From: Guillardia theta CCMP2712
Lineage: Eukaryota > Protista > Cryptophyta
Assembly (NCBI RefSeq): GCF_000315625.1
Contig: NW_005434621.1
Coordinates: forward strand, 419,539 to 483,538
Direction of reading: 5' to 3'
DNA: 64,000 nucleotides
A program made the translations under genes and the position numbers. Shown here one piece after another: positions 12,556 through 26,935 of this stretch (within the stretch, counting starts at the first letter, position 1; every line of letters starts with the position of its first letter). The notes under the pieces were generated by a model. That model saw only the letters and a program-made list of their open reading frames with translations, was not told the DNA's origin and did no database searches.

Positions 12556-12869
12556 GACCTGAACCATATTGTCACATGCGAACATTCGAGGTAGATTTTT
12601 GTTCAGACAACAAGTCTTGTTACTCACTATCATTCACGCTCGCACAGCTACTTCTTCTACAGAGACAATCCTGCATCAGATGCTTCCTCCTTGAACACAA
12701 CTCTCCTTCCCTTCTCTCCCCTCCACTTCCTCCTCCCTTCCTCTTCCTCCCGCTCCCGCTCCCTCTCCCTGTCTTCCCTCTTCCCTGCATGTTCCAAACG
12801 TTATGGACCGTTATAATTCCTGATGGTTACAGACCGTTACAGACCGGTACTGCGTTTGGGTTGGCGGGA

Positions 12870-14072
12870 ATGGCGGAGGTGCATGTAGTGGGCAGCATAG
12901 CACAAGGCGAAGACTTCGACGAGCCATCGCTGCTGTGCAAGTGGTGAGAGACGATGCTGGTGGTTGCGATGATGATGGAGACGATGATGACGATTGCGAA
13001 GATGATAGATGATTGAGATGACGATGATGATGATAAAGTCATGATAATGATGGCGATGATGATAATAATGATGGAGATAATGATGATGGGATTGAAGAGG
13101 CGAAGAGGGATCTGTATGTGAAACAAAGAAGAGGCCTATCGGTTTGAAAAATTCTCAGGAGTATCGTAACTGACGATGGTCGAGCCGACAACAAAAGATG
13201 GACATTACTGGAAGGGTTTGCTAGCGGGCAGACACAGGCATTCCTTTCCTTCTCACTCCCTTTCGTGAGCATGAAGTGTCTAGGTGGACGTGATGCCGAG
13301 GGGAGAGCCATGCGTCTGGTCATATCCCCTCGATCTACACTACAGCACTACAGCGCTACAAGGATGGCCCAAGTTTCACTGCGAGGTTTCGTGCATAGAC
13401 CTGTCTGTGCCACGATCATGTGAGCTCGTCCTTTAGGTCTGGAGCCAAGACAGTCACGGGAGGAACAGCCTGGCAGGATATGGCTTCTGCTATGTGAGAA
13501 GCCCTTGTGATGACATCGACTTGTCTGCTGACCCGGCATGGCTCCTTCTCCCTCAGATCCCTTCAAGCCCTGGGACATACGAGCTCAAGGTCTGCACATG
13601 GCGACCGAAGCCTCAGAGTTGGTTGGAGTATGTCAGCGCGTTCTTTCTCGGTCTCTTCCTCCTCCTGTAGAGCAACACAAGTCTCACGATCACGCGTGGC
13701 AGGAGCGTATCCGCAGCTGAAGGACTCCGATCTCATATGGCGACAGGTGACGTTCTTTTGTTGGCCCTCCTTGTGTGATAGAAGATGCTTCCTCGCATAG
13801 CTGATGTAGTGGCGGTTGATCCTGCTGTCTGTTGATCGTGATGGTGGTGGAGAAGATGAACATGAAGCCGATGCTGCTGCTGTCATGGTCGATGACATGA
13901 GGTCTTGTCTTGCAGGACGATCGTTACAGGCTGTCGACCTTCGCTTCAGGAGTCGTCGTTCTTCGTATCTCGGTGAGGTCATATTCCCAGCTGGATGGCT
14001 GCTGACAACGAGCAGGTCATCACTCTAGGCTTCGAGAAGCACGGCATCCAGTACAGCTCGACCTCCTCCTAA
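12870..14072 (+). CDS. B9D2: B9 domain-containing protein 2 (ciliary transition zone, MKS complex), multi-exon
   Basis: Manual splicing gives [38 protein letters not shown]|[49 protein letters not shown]|[53 protein letters not shown]. This follows the B9D2 pattern throughout. Confidence 0.92.
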
Positions 14073-14234
14073 GCTCTTCACTCCCTCCAGCTCTCCCTCA
14101 AGCTGTGTCGTTCTCCTCTCCCCTCTCCCTCTCAGTTTGTTTCTCTCGAATTCTTTCAGTTCGAATGTTTGAAGACGATTAAAGTGTAAAGCATAACAGA
14201 CTTCATCGTCTACGTCGGTCGTCAGCCTCCTCCG

Positions 14235-17200
14235 CTACGTTAGCTTCAGCCGGCTCAACAACTCCTGGAAATGCGCTAGAGAAGTTTCGCTGCTGATTGC
14301 TGGCCCGGGGGCGGCAGCCGGGCGATCAGTGCGACGGTCTACGTTGTCAAGGAGAGCGTTCCATGGCGAAGCATCTTGGAGCAGCTGAAGGAGCGAGATG
14401 AGGATCAGGTGAGGGGTAGGGAAACAGAGGTAGAAGTGTGGCAGGAGAGTGAAGAAGAGAGGAAAAGAGTGCCAGAGGAAGGAGGAGGAGGAGAAAAAAG
14501 GAGGGAGGAAGGAGGGAGGAGAAGGAGGAGACTGACAGGAGCGAAGCCAGAGACGACGAGGTGTCTCTTTGCTCGGGTGATGGCGACGTTGACCCTGTAG
14601 AAGCTTGAGAAGGGCAGCAGTAGGGGAAGCTTGAGGTACCTGCGAGGGTTGCAGATGTGGGACAGGGGGAGAGACCTCCACTCATCCTTGTAAGGCAGAC
14701 AAACACGATGTCTCGTTCCTCTCCCTTGGTCAGCGTCAGCCTCCTCCTGATCCTCGTCCTCCTCGTCCTCCTCCTTCCTCCTCCTCCTCGTCCTCCTCCT
14801 CGCTTCTCCTCTTCATCCTCCTCCTTTCTTGCCCCTCCTCGTTTCTGGCTCCTCCTCCTCCTCCTCGCTCCTCCTCCTCCTCATCCTCCTCCTCGCTTCT
14901 CTTCATCCTCCTCCTCCCTCCTCCTACTTTCTCACTCCTCCTCCTCCTCCTCCTTTCTCGCTCCTCCTCCCTCCTTGCTTCTCTTGCTCCTCCTCCTCCT
15001 CCTCCTCCTCCTCCTCCTCTCTTGCCTGGAAAGCATCAACCGTGCTCACTTTTACGTGTCGAGTGATTTCAGTCAAGTCACGCGAAATGTCCTTGACCAG
15101 GTCGCGCTGCAGCAAAAGACTTCAACATGGTATGCGATGAGGAGGCAGGGGAAAGTAGTGGAACGGGGAGGAGGAGAGGTGTGGAGGAGGTAGCGAGGAG
15201 AGGACGAGGAGGAGGAAATGTGGGCAGGAGGTAAAGAGGAGAGGACGAGGAGGAGGAAATGTGGGCAGGAGGTGAAGAGGAGAGAATGAGGAGGAGATAG
15301 AGAGGAGATAGAGAGGAGAAGAGAGGAGGGGAGGAGGAAGAGGAGCATGACTCAGGAGACTTCGTACTCACGTCGGTACTGGACATTTTAGATCTCGCAG
15401 CCTTTTCGAGGAGGAGGAGGAGCCTCTGAATCATACCCACCTGCGCTCGATACATGCAGATGATGCCGATCTGAGGGGTCACGTCAGTGATCCGACGAAG
15501 AGGAATGCAACGGGAGATGGAGGTGGAGGTGATAATGGTGGTGGTGGAGGAGGAGGAGGAGGAGGAGGGAAGGGAGGGGGAAGGAGGAGGGAAGAGAGGT
15601 TGGGGGGAGGAGGATGAGGGAGGAGGGGGAGGAGGAGCAGGAGGAGAGGAGAAGATCAGCTCTGGCTCACCTGCTTTGCCGGCACGTTGGCCCTGAGGAG
15701 TTTGCTCAAGAGGCCGAGGACAGCAGCGGCTTCATGGAAGTCCGACCAGTTCCTTAGCTCCTGCACGTCCGAGCCGAAGTCGGAGAGGAAGGAGTCGGAG
15801 GTCACCTCCTGCTGCATGAAGGCTGGCAGAGAGGAGCGGTCAAGCGAGGACGTGTCGAGAAAGAGAGTGGGGGGCAGGAAGCATATCGCCTGCCTGTCCT
15901 CCCCTGCTACTCCGTCCTTGACCTCCTGGTTGTAGAAGAGGAGGGAGGCCAAGCGGGAGATGCGAGGATGACATCGGTACTGCCGGGTGAGGCGAATGCT
16001 GGAGGAGGGCGATAGCTCACTGAGCCGCTGCAGGAATGTGAGACGAAGAGGATGTGGAGGGCGAGGAGGAGGAGGAGGAGGAGGGACAACGAGGAGGAGG
16101 AGGAGGAGGAACAACGAGGAGGCTTGTGAAGCAATTTGAGAGAGTGCAGGAGTGAGGGGAATGAAGGGAGAGGAGTGGGATAGCGCAGGAGCAGCAGGAG
16201 CAGGAGCTCAGGGAGGAGGAGGAAGAGGGGCATGGAAGACCTCGAAGAGAGTTCTTGTCAGGTCATCTGCCGGGCCCAGCAGTCGGTTGGGTCCTCGTAA
16301 CGTGGGAGGAAGTTGTTTAGGATCTCCGACGAGGATCACGCGCGCAGGATGGAACCTCAGCAGCGGCAGCAGGCAGGCAGGCTGAGCTGTCAGTGAGACT
16401 AGCTCCTCCTCCTCCTCCTCCTCCTCCTCCTCTTTCCTCCTCGCACCTCAGGGATCTGAGTCGCCTCGTCTACGATCACAAAGTCAAACTCGCAGTCGTC
16501 CAAGGAGGAGAAGGAGCAGGAGGCGATGGTTGCTGCACAATCATCAGCAGCATCCTCAGCTGACCCGCGTGCTCACCCCCCACGATGATGGGCTTCGACT
16601 GCTCGGGCCGCCTCCTCTCTTCGTGCTTCAGCTGCAGGCACGAGTACTTGAGCAGGTCCTTTGACATCCTCGTCGCGCTCCCGTGCCGCTCAAAGTCCTT
16701 GATGCCGCGCTGCTCCAGGCTCAGCAGCACGCGATCCACCGCCACGTTTGTCCAGCTGACGACGAGGACGCGGAGAGGATGGAGAGCCGTCGAGCTCTGC
16801 TGGGTTAGGTCAATGGAAGGAGGAGGAGAAGGAAGGGGAAGAGGAGGAGGAAGGGGAAGAGGAGGAGGAAGGGGAAGAGTAAGCACCTGCTCGGCCCTCT
16901 TGCTCAGTCGGTAGAGGAGGAGAATGATAGCGCTGAGGAGGTGGGTCTTGCCGCTCCCGAAGATGCCGAAGAGGAGGATGAAGGGGTTGACCTCTTGCTG
17001 CGGATCAGAGGCAGGGAGGAGCGACTTCTTGACAGCCTGCAGTGCAAGCTGCTGCTCCTCGTTGAGAGCAAAGTGCTTGAGAATGTCCTCCGCCTCCTCC
17101 TGCTCTGCCGTCAGGTCTTCTCCACCTGACCCTCCGCTACCTCCAATGCTCCTTTGAAGCTCGCCTGATCCTCCTCGGAGAGCTGCCGGAGGCTGGAAGA

Positions 17201-20200
17201 AGAGTGAGGAGAGCAGGAGGAAGAGAGCGGACGATAAGCAACCGCTGATGTAGAACGTCGTCCTGTGAGGTGACGGGACCGAGTGCGAGCAGGGAGCGGA
17301 AGAGAGGAGGCGAGCGTCTCTTCGTCCTCTCCTCCCTCGTCAGGTTCGCCAGGACGTCGAGCATGTAGACTTCAGTCGCCACGTTTGACCCCCGGAGAGC
17401 GAAGACTCTAGTGACGCGGGAGGATCGAGGAGGAGGAGAAGACAGAAGAGGCTTGACGGACACGAGACCTGACGGAACCATCACCACTGCAGCATCCTTC
17501 GTCTCCCCTCCTCCCCTCCACTTCTCTCCCTTCCTTTATCCCTCCCTCCATGCCCTTCCTTTCACTCTTCCCACTCCCTGCCGTCCCCTCTCTCTACCTG
17601 ATGACGAGACGCCGTAGTACTCGCTACGAGCAAGGAAGGTGAAGGAATTGTCGTCGGTTGGCTCGTCGAAGGTGGGAGAGGAGGAGATGACCCACAGGTC
17701 GTCCTTGTCGTAGGATGAAGACTGTCGAGACGAGAGTCACGAGAGAGAAGAAGAGGAAGGGAAAGTTAGAGGAAGGGGATGGGAAGGGACAAGAGGAGAG
17801 AAGGAGAGTGAAAAGTGGCCAGAGGGAAAGACAGGGACAGGGGGTGTAAGAGGTGCAGGAGAGGTTGAAGGAGGAGGAGGAGGAGGAGGAGGAGGAGGAG
17901 GAGGAGGACCAGAAGGACGAGGAGGAGGAGGAGGTTCTCTTACTTCTTTGCGTGCTGCTTGTCTTGAATTGGAAGCTTCAAGTACATTTTATGATTCTCG
18001 TCGTCATCTTCATCCTCTTCCTCACGATCTCTCCTGCTCGTCGATTGACCGGGAGAAGGTGAAAAAGTGTGAGGTACCTGCGAGTTCGTCTCTGTCGCAG
18101 CATACTCCTTCTCATCATCTCTGCCTTCTTCTTCCTGTCAGCCTCCTCCTCCTCCTCCTCCTCCTCCTCTNNNNNNNNNNNNNNNNNNNNNNNNNNNNNN
18201 NNNNNNNNNNNNNNNNNNNNNNNNNNNNNNNNNNNNNNNNNNNNNNNNNNNNNNNNNNNNNNNNNNNNNNGAAAGCCACGTCGACCTCCTCCTCCTCCTC
18301 CCCCCCCCCCTCTGCAGCGAACCATCACCTGCCAAACCTTCCATGGCGACTTACCTTGGCCTTGAGATTCTCTTGCTTCCCCCACTCCTCTTCCTTGTTT
18401 GCTTCTTCTGCTGACAGTGGGAAAGAAAAATTCTACACTTGCCATCTTCTCTCGTCCCTCCACCGCCTCGGCTCCTCCTCCTCCTCCTCCTCCTCCTCCT
18501 CCTCCTCCTGTCTCTGCCTCCGTCGAGTCCTCAAAGTCCTCAACATTGTCCCTTGCCGGTCCATCTCGCGTCAACATCTGTTTCACCTGAGCCTCACCCG
18601 ACATACCGTCGATCCCCTCCATGTCGACCATACCACCCATCTCCTCCTCCACTCTGATCGCACCTCTCCACCTCTCACTCTCTTCCCCCTCAGCTCGGAA
18701 AGCCTCGCTAAGCTCCATCTCCTCCCTCATGGTCTCTGCCGTTTTGTCTTCGGTTGCTCGCTGCATGTTCAAGGACTGGATGTTACTTCGCACGTTCTTT
18801 TCACCCCAGCAGTATCCTTCTACTTTTAGAACTCGCTGCAAATATCTTCAGAGTCCCGTAAAATCTCCTCCTCCTCCTCCTCCTCCTAACCCCTCCCTCC
18901 TCACCTGTGACATTCCGCAGACTTTACAAGCATATCGACCTCCTGGGTACGAGGGCACACGAGAAGGACCTCGGAGTTCAACTTGGATGCGCGAGTTTGA
19001 AGCTCTTTCAGCCTTGACATCAAATCAGCATGACGATGATGTTGGAAATGATGTTGAAAATGACGGTGACAATGATGTTGAAAATGATGGTGATGGTGAT
19101 GGTGGTGGTGATGATGATAAGGACGATGGAGGTGGTTATGGCAATGAGACAAATGAGTATCGGGGACAAACAAGTTGTTCACTTGTTTACCTGGATTGTT
19201 CCACAGTTTGCGCAACGAACAAACAGAAAGAGGTGGCGGATATCTGACATGAACGTGTCTGACATCAACAAACAAGTTCCCCACTGTCTGCATTACCTTT
19301 CACTACCTCGCCCTCACTTTTCTTCCCAACAGTCTCATCACTTTGCATTCTTTCTTCCAAGCTCGACTCGGGATATTCCAGCACAAACTTTGACCGACTC
19401 TCGCCATCCTCGCTTGCTCGTGGCTTCTCCTCCTCCTCCTCCTCCTCCCATCCTCTTCCCACCATCTCCTCCTTCCTGCGTCTCTCAGTCCGCTGGTTCT
19501 CCTCAACTCGAGGAGCTTTGAAGTTGGGCGCGCTCCCATCCGACTCGTTTGAAATTCTCTGCAGCCCCACTCGCCGCGTCTGCAGCTCCAACGACCTCCT
19601 TCCGGTCGGCTCCTCCTTGGCCCTGCATCTCACTTCACCTCCTACCGCAGCTTCGCACAGCCTCGCCTGTCGACGTCGCTCACGTCCTCTCCTCTCGACG
19701 TGATGTCGACCGAGAACTCTCTCATCTTCACAACTTCTCCAACTTTGGCGTTCACCTGCCGCATCCTTCAGGCTGAAGCTCTCGGTGCTCAGCCTCACCT
19801 TGCCCCCCTTGCACACAACCTTGCGATCCTCGTCCAGCAGTGTCGCTTCCCCACGGCTGCTGACAACCTGCGAAGATGCGCATGAGGTGGCAGACTTTAG
19901 GAGGAGGAGGCATTTCTCACCAGAAAACCATCTTGCCAGCGCTGGTTGGCCCTTTTATGATGGATGCGGTCCGTGAAGACACATCTGAGCATGAGATCAC
20001 TGGAAGGCGCAGGATCAGACGAGCAGGCGAGGACCGGAATGTTTCAGAGTTGATCGGTTCGCCTTTCAATACAATCATCCGACAAAGAAATGAAATTACA
20101 TGTATTGACCTGCAGTCGTGCCCCGCGCTGCTTGCACTCGTGGTCCTCGTAAACATGAAGTTGAGGACACCGCGGTGAAGATGATGAAGAGACGAAGTGG

Positions 20201-20394
20201 AAGAGAGGCAGAGGTGAAGGAGCTCTGCAGCATCAGGGTTGCTTCCAAACTCCCTCACATTCTGACTGGTCCCTTTCAATCTTTCCCCATCTCAAGTCGT
20301 GATCGTAACTTCTTCTTGAGTTGGTGTCTTTGAGCCATTCCTCGTCGATGTTGTCACATGCTTCCTCTGGGATCGGCTCTCCTCGCCATTCCAT
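14235..20394 (-). CDS. ZGRF1-like SF1B (Upf1-family) helicase with N-terminal DUF2439-like domain, many exons
   Basis: Helicase motifs: GIFGSGKTHLL (I), VSWTNVAVDRVL (Ia), VILVGDPKQLPPT (III), LTRQYRCHPRIS (IV), IGIICMYRAQV, VSTVDAFQ|GEERDIV (V), RVNVAITRAKRHL (VI). Exons near 19800-19985 read CVFTDRIHHKRANQRWQDGFL|..ATLLDED, like the DUF2439 start of ZGRF1. The 5' end is uncertain. Confidence 0.82.
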
Positions 20395-21439
20395 CCCTCC
20401 CCCCCCCCCCTCCTTCTCCTCGTAGCGTCTCATCTCGATCCTGACATTTTCGGGCTCATCATCCCCCTCATCCTCTCATTTTACCACCGGTACCGAGATC
20501 TCAAAAGATGTAGTTGAAATGGGGGTAGGGGTTCAAATCACAGTGGTCGATCGTTTTCTATTTTTTTTATTCTTTAGTAAAGGAATCATTAGTAACTAAA
20601 GTTTTTATGTAGCAAATAAGTATTGGCTAAAGAAATCTATTTATATTGTTCTGCCCCCACCCCCCGCCAGCATGCTGGCCTTCCCCCTCGGCACAGCCAC
20701 CCCAGCGCCATCCTGCCGCCTCCCTGCTCCTCCTCCTCCTCCTGCTCCTCCTGCTCCTCCTCCTCCCACTATCCTAGTGACTCATTCCTGCTTGCTCATC
20801 ACCAACCCCTGCCCTGCTCCCATCCTCCTCCCCCGCCATGCAGTCTCTTCAAGTCAGTCCGCGTGCTTGCCATGCAGACACTTGAAGGCTGCGACATCAT
20901 CGGCTGCGATTCTCTTCCTCCCCTGTCCTGTTTGTTTTGTTCTGAAACCTCCCATCCTTTCCCGCTGCCCCTTCATGAATCGTTATGTGTCCATGCAATC
21001 TCCTTGAGATGTGGTGGTGTGATTCAAAGTCATTTGCTTGACGACACGCTGAAGCCAGTCAAACTCTCCGAGACAACATGCGCATGTGCATGTCTTCACT
21101 ATGATCATGTCTCCTCCCACAAAATTCTATGCTTTAGAGCGTTTGTTTCGATCTGCTTGTTTGTATGGCTGGAATTCAAGCCGATGACGTGGATGAATGA
21201 GATGACAAGGAGGGTCGTGAATGTCTGCTCGCCATTGATCTTGCTTGCGTTCGCTCATACGAACAGAGTCATCTCTTACATGCTTCTGCTTTCAGGAAGA
21301 TTCGCGTCCATCAGAGACAATTATAAGCTCAGTTGTTCACCAATCACCCAGCAAGAGCTAAGGATCATCGTCGGTGGCCAGAGACGTTCACTAGTGGTTG
21401 CGCGCTCCTCCACTGACCCTCTCGATTGTTGTGGCTGCC

Positions 21440-24400
21440 ATGGATGGTCAGACGTTCTGCTCAGTTGCAAGGCAGGGCATCAGCAAGCTTCAGAAGGCGA
21501 TCCACGAGCATAAGAAGCAGAAGGAGGCTGAAAACATCAGCGGCGCGTGCGAGCGCTTCTTGCTCGACCTTGACAAACTCTCTGAACCCTCCAACTCCAA
21601 CGATCCTGTCAATCTCCAAGAAAACTTCGACTATGCCGCTCTCTTCGTTCCTTTCCTCGCCGCCCTTGAGCTTCGCAACCCCAAGCTGACCGAGTCTGCG
21701 CTTGACTCACTGCACGAGTTCATTGCGCATGGATACCTCAAGGACCTGAACCTCCGCACAGACCCGCCTCGAAGCCTCGCGGAAGTTCTTGTAGAGAATG
21801 TGTGTGGATGCAGCAGCATAGAAGACGAGACCGTGCAGATGCAAGTCATCCGAGTCCTCCAGACCTCTGTCATGTGCGAGCCCAGCATTGTGCATGGCGC
21901 CAACCTACTTCAGAGCGTTCGGACTTGTTTCAATCTGCACCTGGGGAGCAGCAGCCAAGCGAATCAGACGGCTGCCAAGGCTGCGCTGTCGCGAATGATC
22001 AACGCGATGATGAACCGACTAGAGGGCCTCCCTGCCTCAGCATCCCGACACGTCGAGGACCGTGGGATTCCTGACCTGCCGGCCTCTGTCCCCAGCACCC
22101 CCGAGCCTGCCAAGAGCTCTCAAGCCGGCGACTTTCCTGCGGAGCACCCGGAGATGCCTGCCCCGAGCCCCAACGGGTCCCACATGAACGGATCCGCTGC
22201 ACATACGAAGACGCCCGAAGCGGAGAAAGTCAGCGAAGAGACAGACTTCAAGTCTGTTGAAGAGCGAGACGTGTATGAAGTTTTCCACAGACTCTGCAGA
22301 CTGTCGATGAAGTATGAAGTAGTGGACAGCTGGGTGAAGCCAGACGAGACGATGAATATGCAGAGCAAGATGCTCTCGCTCGAACTTCTTCTCTCCATGC
22401 TCGATCAGAGTGGTCCCAAGTTCAAAGGTTAGATGCTCGTTGCTGTGAGTCGTGCCGCTGATCCTGTTTGCTTGTCCAGGTTCCGCAAAGTTCATAACTT
22501 GCATCAAGCAGCAGCTCTGCATGTCTCTCTTGAAGAACGGAGTGTCTCCTGCTCCGCGAGTCTTCAAGGCAGCGCTGCAAGTGTTCGTGACGTTGATCTT
22601 GAACTTCAAGACGCACCTCAAACAGGAGATCGGAGTTTTCTTCACGACCATCTTCTTGAGGATATTGGAATCTCCTCACTCTACCTACCAACAGAAGACC
22701 ATGGTCCTCCAACTCCTTCACAGCATCTTCCGAGACCCGCAGACCGTCGTGGATGTCTTTGTAAACTACGACTGCGATTTAAAGCAGGTCACCTGTCCTC
22801 CCTCCCTCCCTCCATCCATCCATCCATCCATCCATCCCTCCTTCCATCCATCCCTCCCTCCCTCCCTCCCTCCCTCCCTCCCTCCCTCCCTCCCTCCCTC
22901 CTGTGCCTAACGTCCCACAGGTTGACATCTTCGCCAAGATGCTAAACCAGCTTACCCGGACGGTTCAATCGGGAAGTGGCGCTTCCAAAGACACCGGTTA
23001 CTTTACGCCCGAGCAGGTTCATCTCCCTCCCTCGCCACATCAATATCATTCGTTTTTCCTTGTTCAACTACCTCTACTCCCCTGTTTCGCTCCCTTCCCT
23101 TTCTCTCCCTCTCTTCTCCCTTCCCTTGCTCCCTCCCCCTCTTTCCAACCCATCCCATCTCCCTCTCTCTCCTTCTTCTCCTTGTCTTCTCCTCCTCTGT
23201 CTGGCTTGACTGCGTCTTTCTCGTCCTCATGTCTGACGATCCTCCAGGAGTTTCAGCTGCGATCGCGGGGTACGGACGCGCTCGTGTCAATGGTGGAGTC
23301 GCTGATGAGGTCGGAGGTCTGCTGGGGTTCTGCTGGAGCTGACCCGCAAGCAGGTTCAGCAAGCTCGTCGAGAAGGACTTCATCTGGCTGGAGACGGGGG
23401 AGATTCTTCCCAGGTCCATGGCCAAGAACGAGAGCAGCGAGGGAGACCTGGAGAGCTCCGTAGACTCGAGGGTGGGAGGAGAGAGCGAAGACGTGGACCC
23501 CGTGCTGAAGCAGAAGGAGCACAAGACGCAGCTGCAGCAGGGGATCAAGGCGTTCAACCTCAAGCCCAAGAAGGGAATCGAGATCCTCACGTCCTCCGGT
23601 CACCTCAAGAAGGAGCCGCAAGCCATCGCCGCCTGGTTTCACAACCAGCCGAGCTTGGACAAGAAGGCGATCGGAGAGTACATGGGGGAGCCGGACGAGT
23701 TCAACAAGGCGGTGCTGTACGCCTACGTCGACATGATGTCCTTCGCCAACATGACCATCGACGAGGCTCTTCGCCACTTCCTCTCGGGTTTCTGGCTGCC
23801 CGGGGAAGCGCAAAAGATCGACCGCATGATGGAGAAGTTCGCGGAGAGATTCTGCAAGGACACCGACTCCTTCTCCAACGCCGACACTGCATACGTGCTC
23901 GCCTACTCCATCATCATGCTCAACACTGACGCGCACAGCCCCAAGATCGCTAAGAAGATGACCAAGGAAGAGTTCGTGCGCAACAACCGAGGGATCAACG
24001 ACGGGATGGACCTGCCACCTGAGTTCCTGGAAGGAATCTACGATCGGATAGTGGCCAGCGGCTTCAAAGTGAAGGAGGACGAAGACGTTGCCACGTCAAT
24101 GTCCACGGACTCCGAGAAGTCAGTGCATGAAAGGTACCGAGCTGAAGCCCAGCAGCTCATGTCAACAGCTCAGGGGCTGCTGAAGAAGGCGGCGGAGCAG
24201 AGCTCTGATCACTTCTTGATCTCCAACAAGTCGGAGCACGTCATCTCGATGCTCGAGATCAGCTGGGCTCCCATGCTCGCGGCCTTCAGTGTGGTCATGG
24301 AGGAGTCAACGGACAACGGGCTGATCGCACAGTGTCTCAAGGGCATGACGGGAGCCATCACTCTCCTCAGCATCTTCAGGCTCCACAGCCAGCGCGACGC

Positions 24401-26666
24401 GTTCGTCTCCACCCTCACTCAGTTCACCAACCTCCATGGCCACACGGTGCGCGAGGTGCGACAGAAGAACCTCGAGAGCATCCAAGCCGCCATCGCCATC
24501 GCCCGCAACCTCGGAAACTTCCTGGGCTCCTCCTGGGGACCTGTGCTCCGCTGCTTCAGCGAGCTCGACCGCCTGCAGCTTGCGGGCTCGGGGTCGCGGT
24601 TGGGAAACGTTTTCGGAGGGTCGGAGAGCTCGGGGAGCCACGGGTCGAGGAGGGAGTGGTTCGAGGACAAGGACAACCGCAAGGAACTCATCGAAGAAGC
24701 CAACTCCCTCAAGCTCGAAGAGATCGACACCGCCGCCATCGATCGCGTCTTCTCCTCCTCCGCTCGCCTGAGCGACGAAGCCATCATCGACTTCGTGAAG
24801 CACCTTGTGGCTGTCTCTCACGAGGAGATCGAGTCCTGCCCTTCCGCCCCGCGCGTGTACAGCATGCAGAAGATCGTAGAGATCACCTACTTCAACATGT
24901 CGAGGATCCGCATCGTGTGGTCGCGCATCTGGTCAATCCTGGGGGAGCACTTCCAGAGCGTCGCGCTCGCGGTCAACACGGAGCTCTCGATGTACGTCAT
25001 CGACTCCATGCGGCAGCTGGCGCTCAAGTTCCTGGAGAAGGACGAGCTGACGTCCTTCCACTTCCAGCGAGACTTTCTCAAGCCGTTCGACTTCGTCATC
25101 GCCAACAGCAAGACGGCTGAGATCCGCGAGCTGGTCGTGCGCTGCCTCACGCAGGTGGTTCGATCGACGGCGAGGAACATCAAGTCGGGCTGGAAGATCG
25201 CCTTCCAGGTGCTCAACATCGCAGGGCGAGACGAGTCAGACACCATCGTCCTCCTCGCCTTCGACCTCGTCCGGAAGGTCATCCACGAGAGCTTCCACCA
25301 GGTCACTTCCGACCCGGCCCATGGCCACCTCGCCTACGCCGACTGCCTCAACTGCCTGGGCGTGTTCGCCAAGAACCTTCGGAACAAGGAGGTGGCGCTG
25401 GAGGCCGTGGACCTCATGTGCCTCTGCAACAAGATCTCCCTGCAGGCTCTTGGCGAGGACCTCGACCACACGCTCTTCACCGACAGTGAGCGGCACGTCA
25501 GGATCTGGTTCCCCATCCTCACCGGCCTCGCCGGCCTCTCCTCCGACCCTCGTCTCGACCTTCGCACTCGCGCGCTCGACAAGCTCTTCGAGACGCTCAT
25601 GGCGTACGGGCCCAACTTCGACAAGAGCTTGTGGGGGCACGTGTTCCATGGCGTTCTCTTCCCCATGTTCGACGACGTGTACCACGTGGACGAGGTGGCG
25701 GACACGGAGTGGCTTGAAACCTCCTTCTCTGCTGCCATGGCCCAGATGACGGACGTGTTCGTGTCGTGCTTCGAGGGCGCGTCGCCGCTGCTACAGGAGT
25801 TTCTCAAGATGCTTTCCCTCTGCATCGTTCAGCACAACGAGCGGCTGGCGGAGATGGGCGTCAACAGCATCAAGCGGCTGCTCAGTGAGGCGGGTCGGCA
25901 GTTCTCGTCGGAGATGTGGGCCATCACCTGCGGGACGGTGGTGCAGCTCTTCGAGTCTGCGGGGCCTCTGAGGGAGGAGGAGCTCGCGGGGGGGAGCGAC
26001 ATGGAGGAGAGGCTGCGGGCGGTCGAGTCGCGACATCGAGTGAGGATGCTCCTCTTCCGCCTCGTGCAAGACCTCTGCTACGACTTCTGCGACGTCCTCA
26101 CCGAGGCTCAGGTGCTCCAACTCCTCAACCTGCTGGGCTCAGCACAGAGCAACGCGATGGGGCTGTCGGGGGAGGGGAGGGAGAGGATGGGAGCGAGTCA
26201 GTTCCTCCAGTGGATCTACGCGGAGTCAGCGGAGGCGTCGAGGAGCGAGCTGCAGTTCATGATCGGCGCCTACCAGACCGCCAAGGGGGACTCGCGGTAC
26301 CTCGAGACCCGCCTGCTGGAGCGCCTGCTGGAGGTGCTGAGGGAGTACTCGGGCCTGACTTCGCAGGACCAGAGGGGGAAGTGGGAAGAGGAAGAGGCGG
26401 CGGGAGTGACCCAGGGGAGCAGGAAGGAAGCGGAGGAGGTGGAGGCTGCGCCCTACCGAGAGCAGATCCGATGGATCCTCGCGCCGACGGTGATTGTGAT
26501 CCTGCAAGGACTGGCAGCACTCGACCAGCAGCGGTTCGAGCGGCTGCTTCCCCACATCTACCCTCTGCTGTGCGCGCTGGTGGAGGGCAACGACGGGAGA
26601 GTTCGATCGCTTCTCTCCAACCTCTTCCTCCTGCGAGTGGGTCCAGCCCTGAGGATCATGAACTGA
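21440..26666 (+). CDS. Large ARF guanine-nucleotide exchange factor of the BIG/Sec7 subfamily
   Basis: DCB region, HUS box FVNYDCDL, Sec7 domain FWLPGEAQKIDRMMEKFAERF / YVLAYSIIMLNTDAHSP. HDS motifs IDSMRQLALKFLEKDEL and NIKSGWK. Terminal exon of about 3.2 kb. Confidence 0.95.
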
Positions 26667-26773
26667 CCTCCTCCTCTTCGACTTGTAATCTACAGTTCTC
26701 ATGTGCGTCAGGACAAGCTCACGGTCTCCTCTCGGTGTCGAAAACTTGCTGTTTCGCTTCGATAAAGTTCACA

Positions 26774-26935
26774 TCATCCGCCACCTCCTCGTCCACCACC
26801 TCGTCCTCCTCGTCCACCACCTCGTCATCCTCGTCCACCACCTCGTCCTCCTCGTCCACCACCTCGTCCTCCTCGTCCACCACCTCCTTTTCCTCGTCCT
26901 CAACCGCCACCTCCTCGTCCACCTCCTCAACCTCC
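26774..26935. repeat. 21-bp tandem repeat (ctcgtccaccacctcgtcctc)-like between convergent gene ends
   Basis: Several near-identical units are visible. Confidence 0.8.

Noticed and set aside
20623-21430. A 296-aa ORF upstream of BIG
   Set aside because: Non-ATG start, low complexity and no domain signal. It is probably promoter or 5' UTR.
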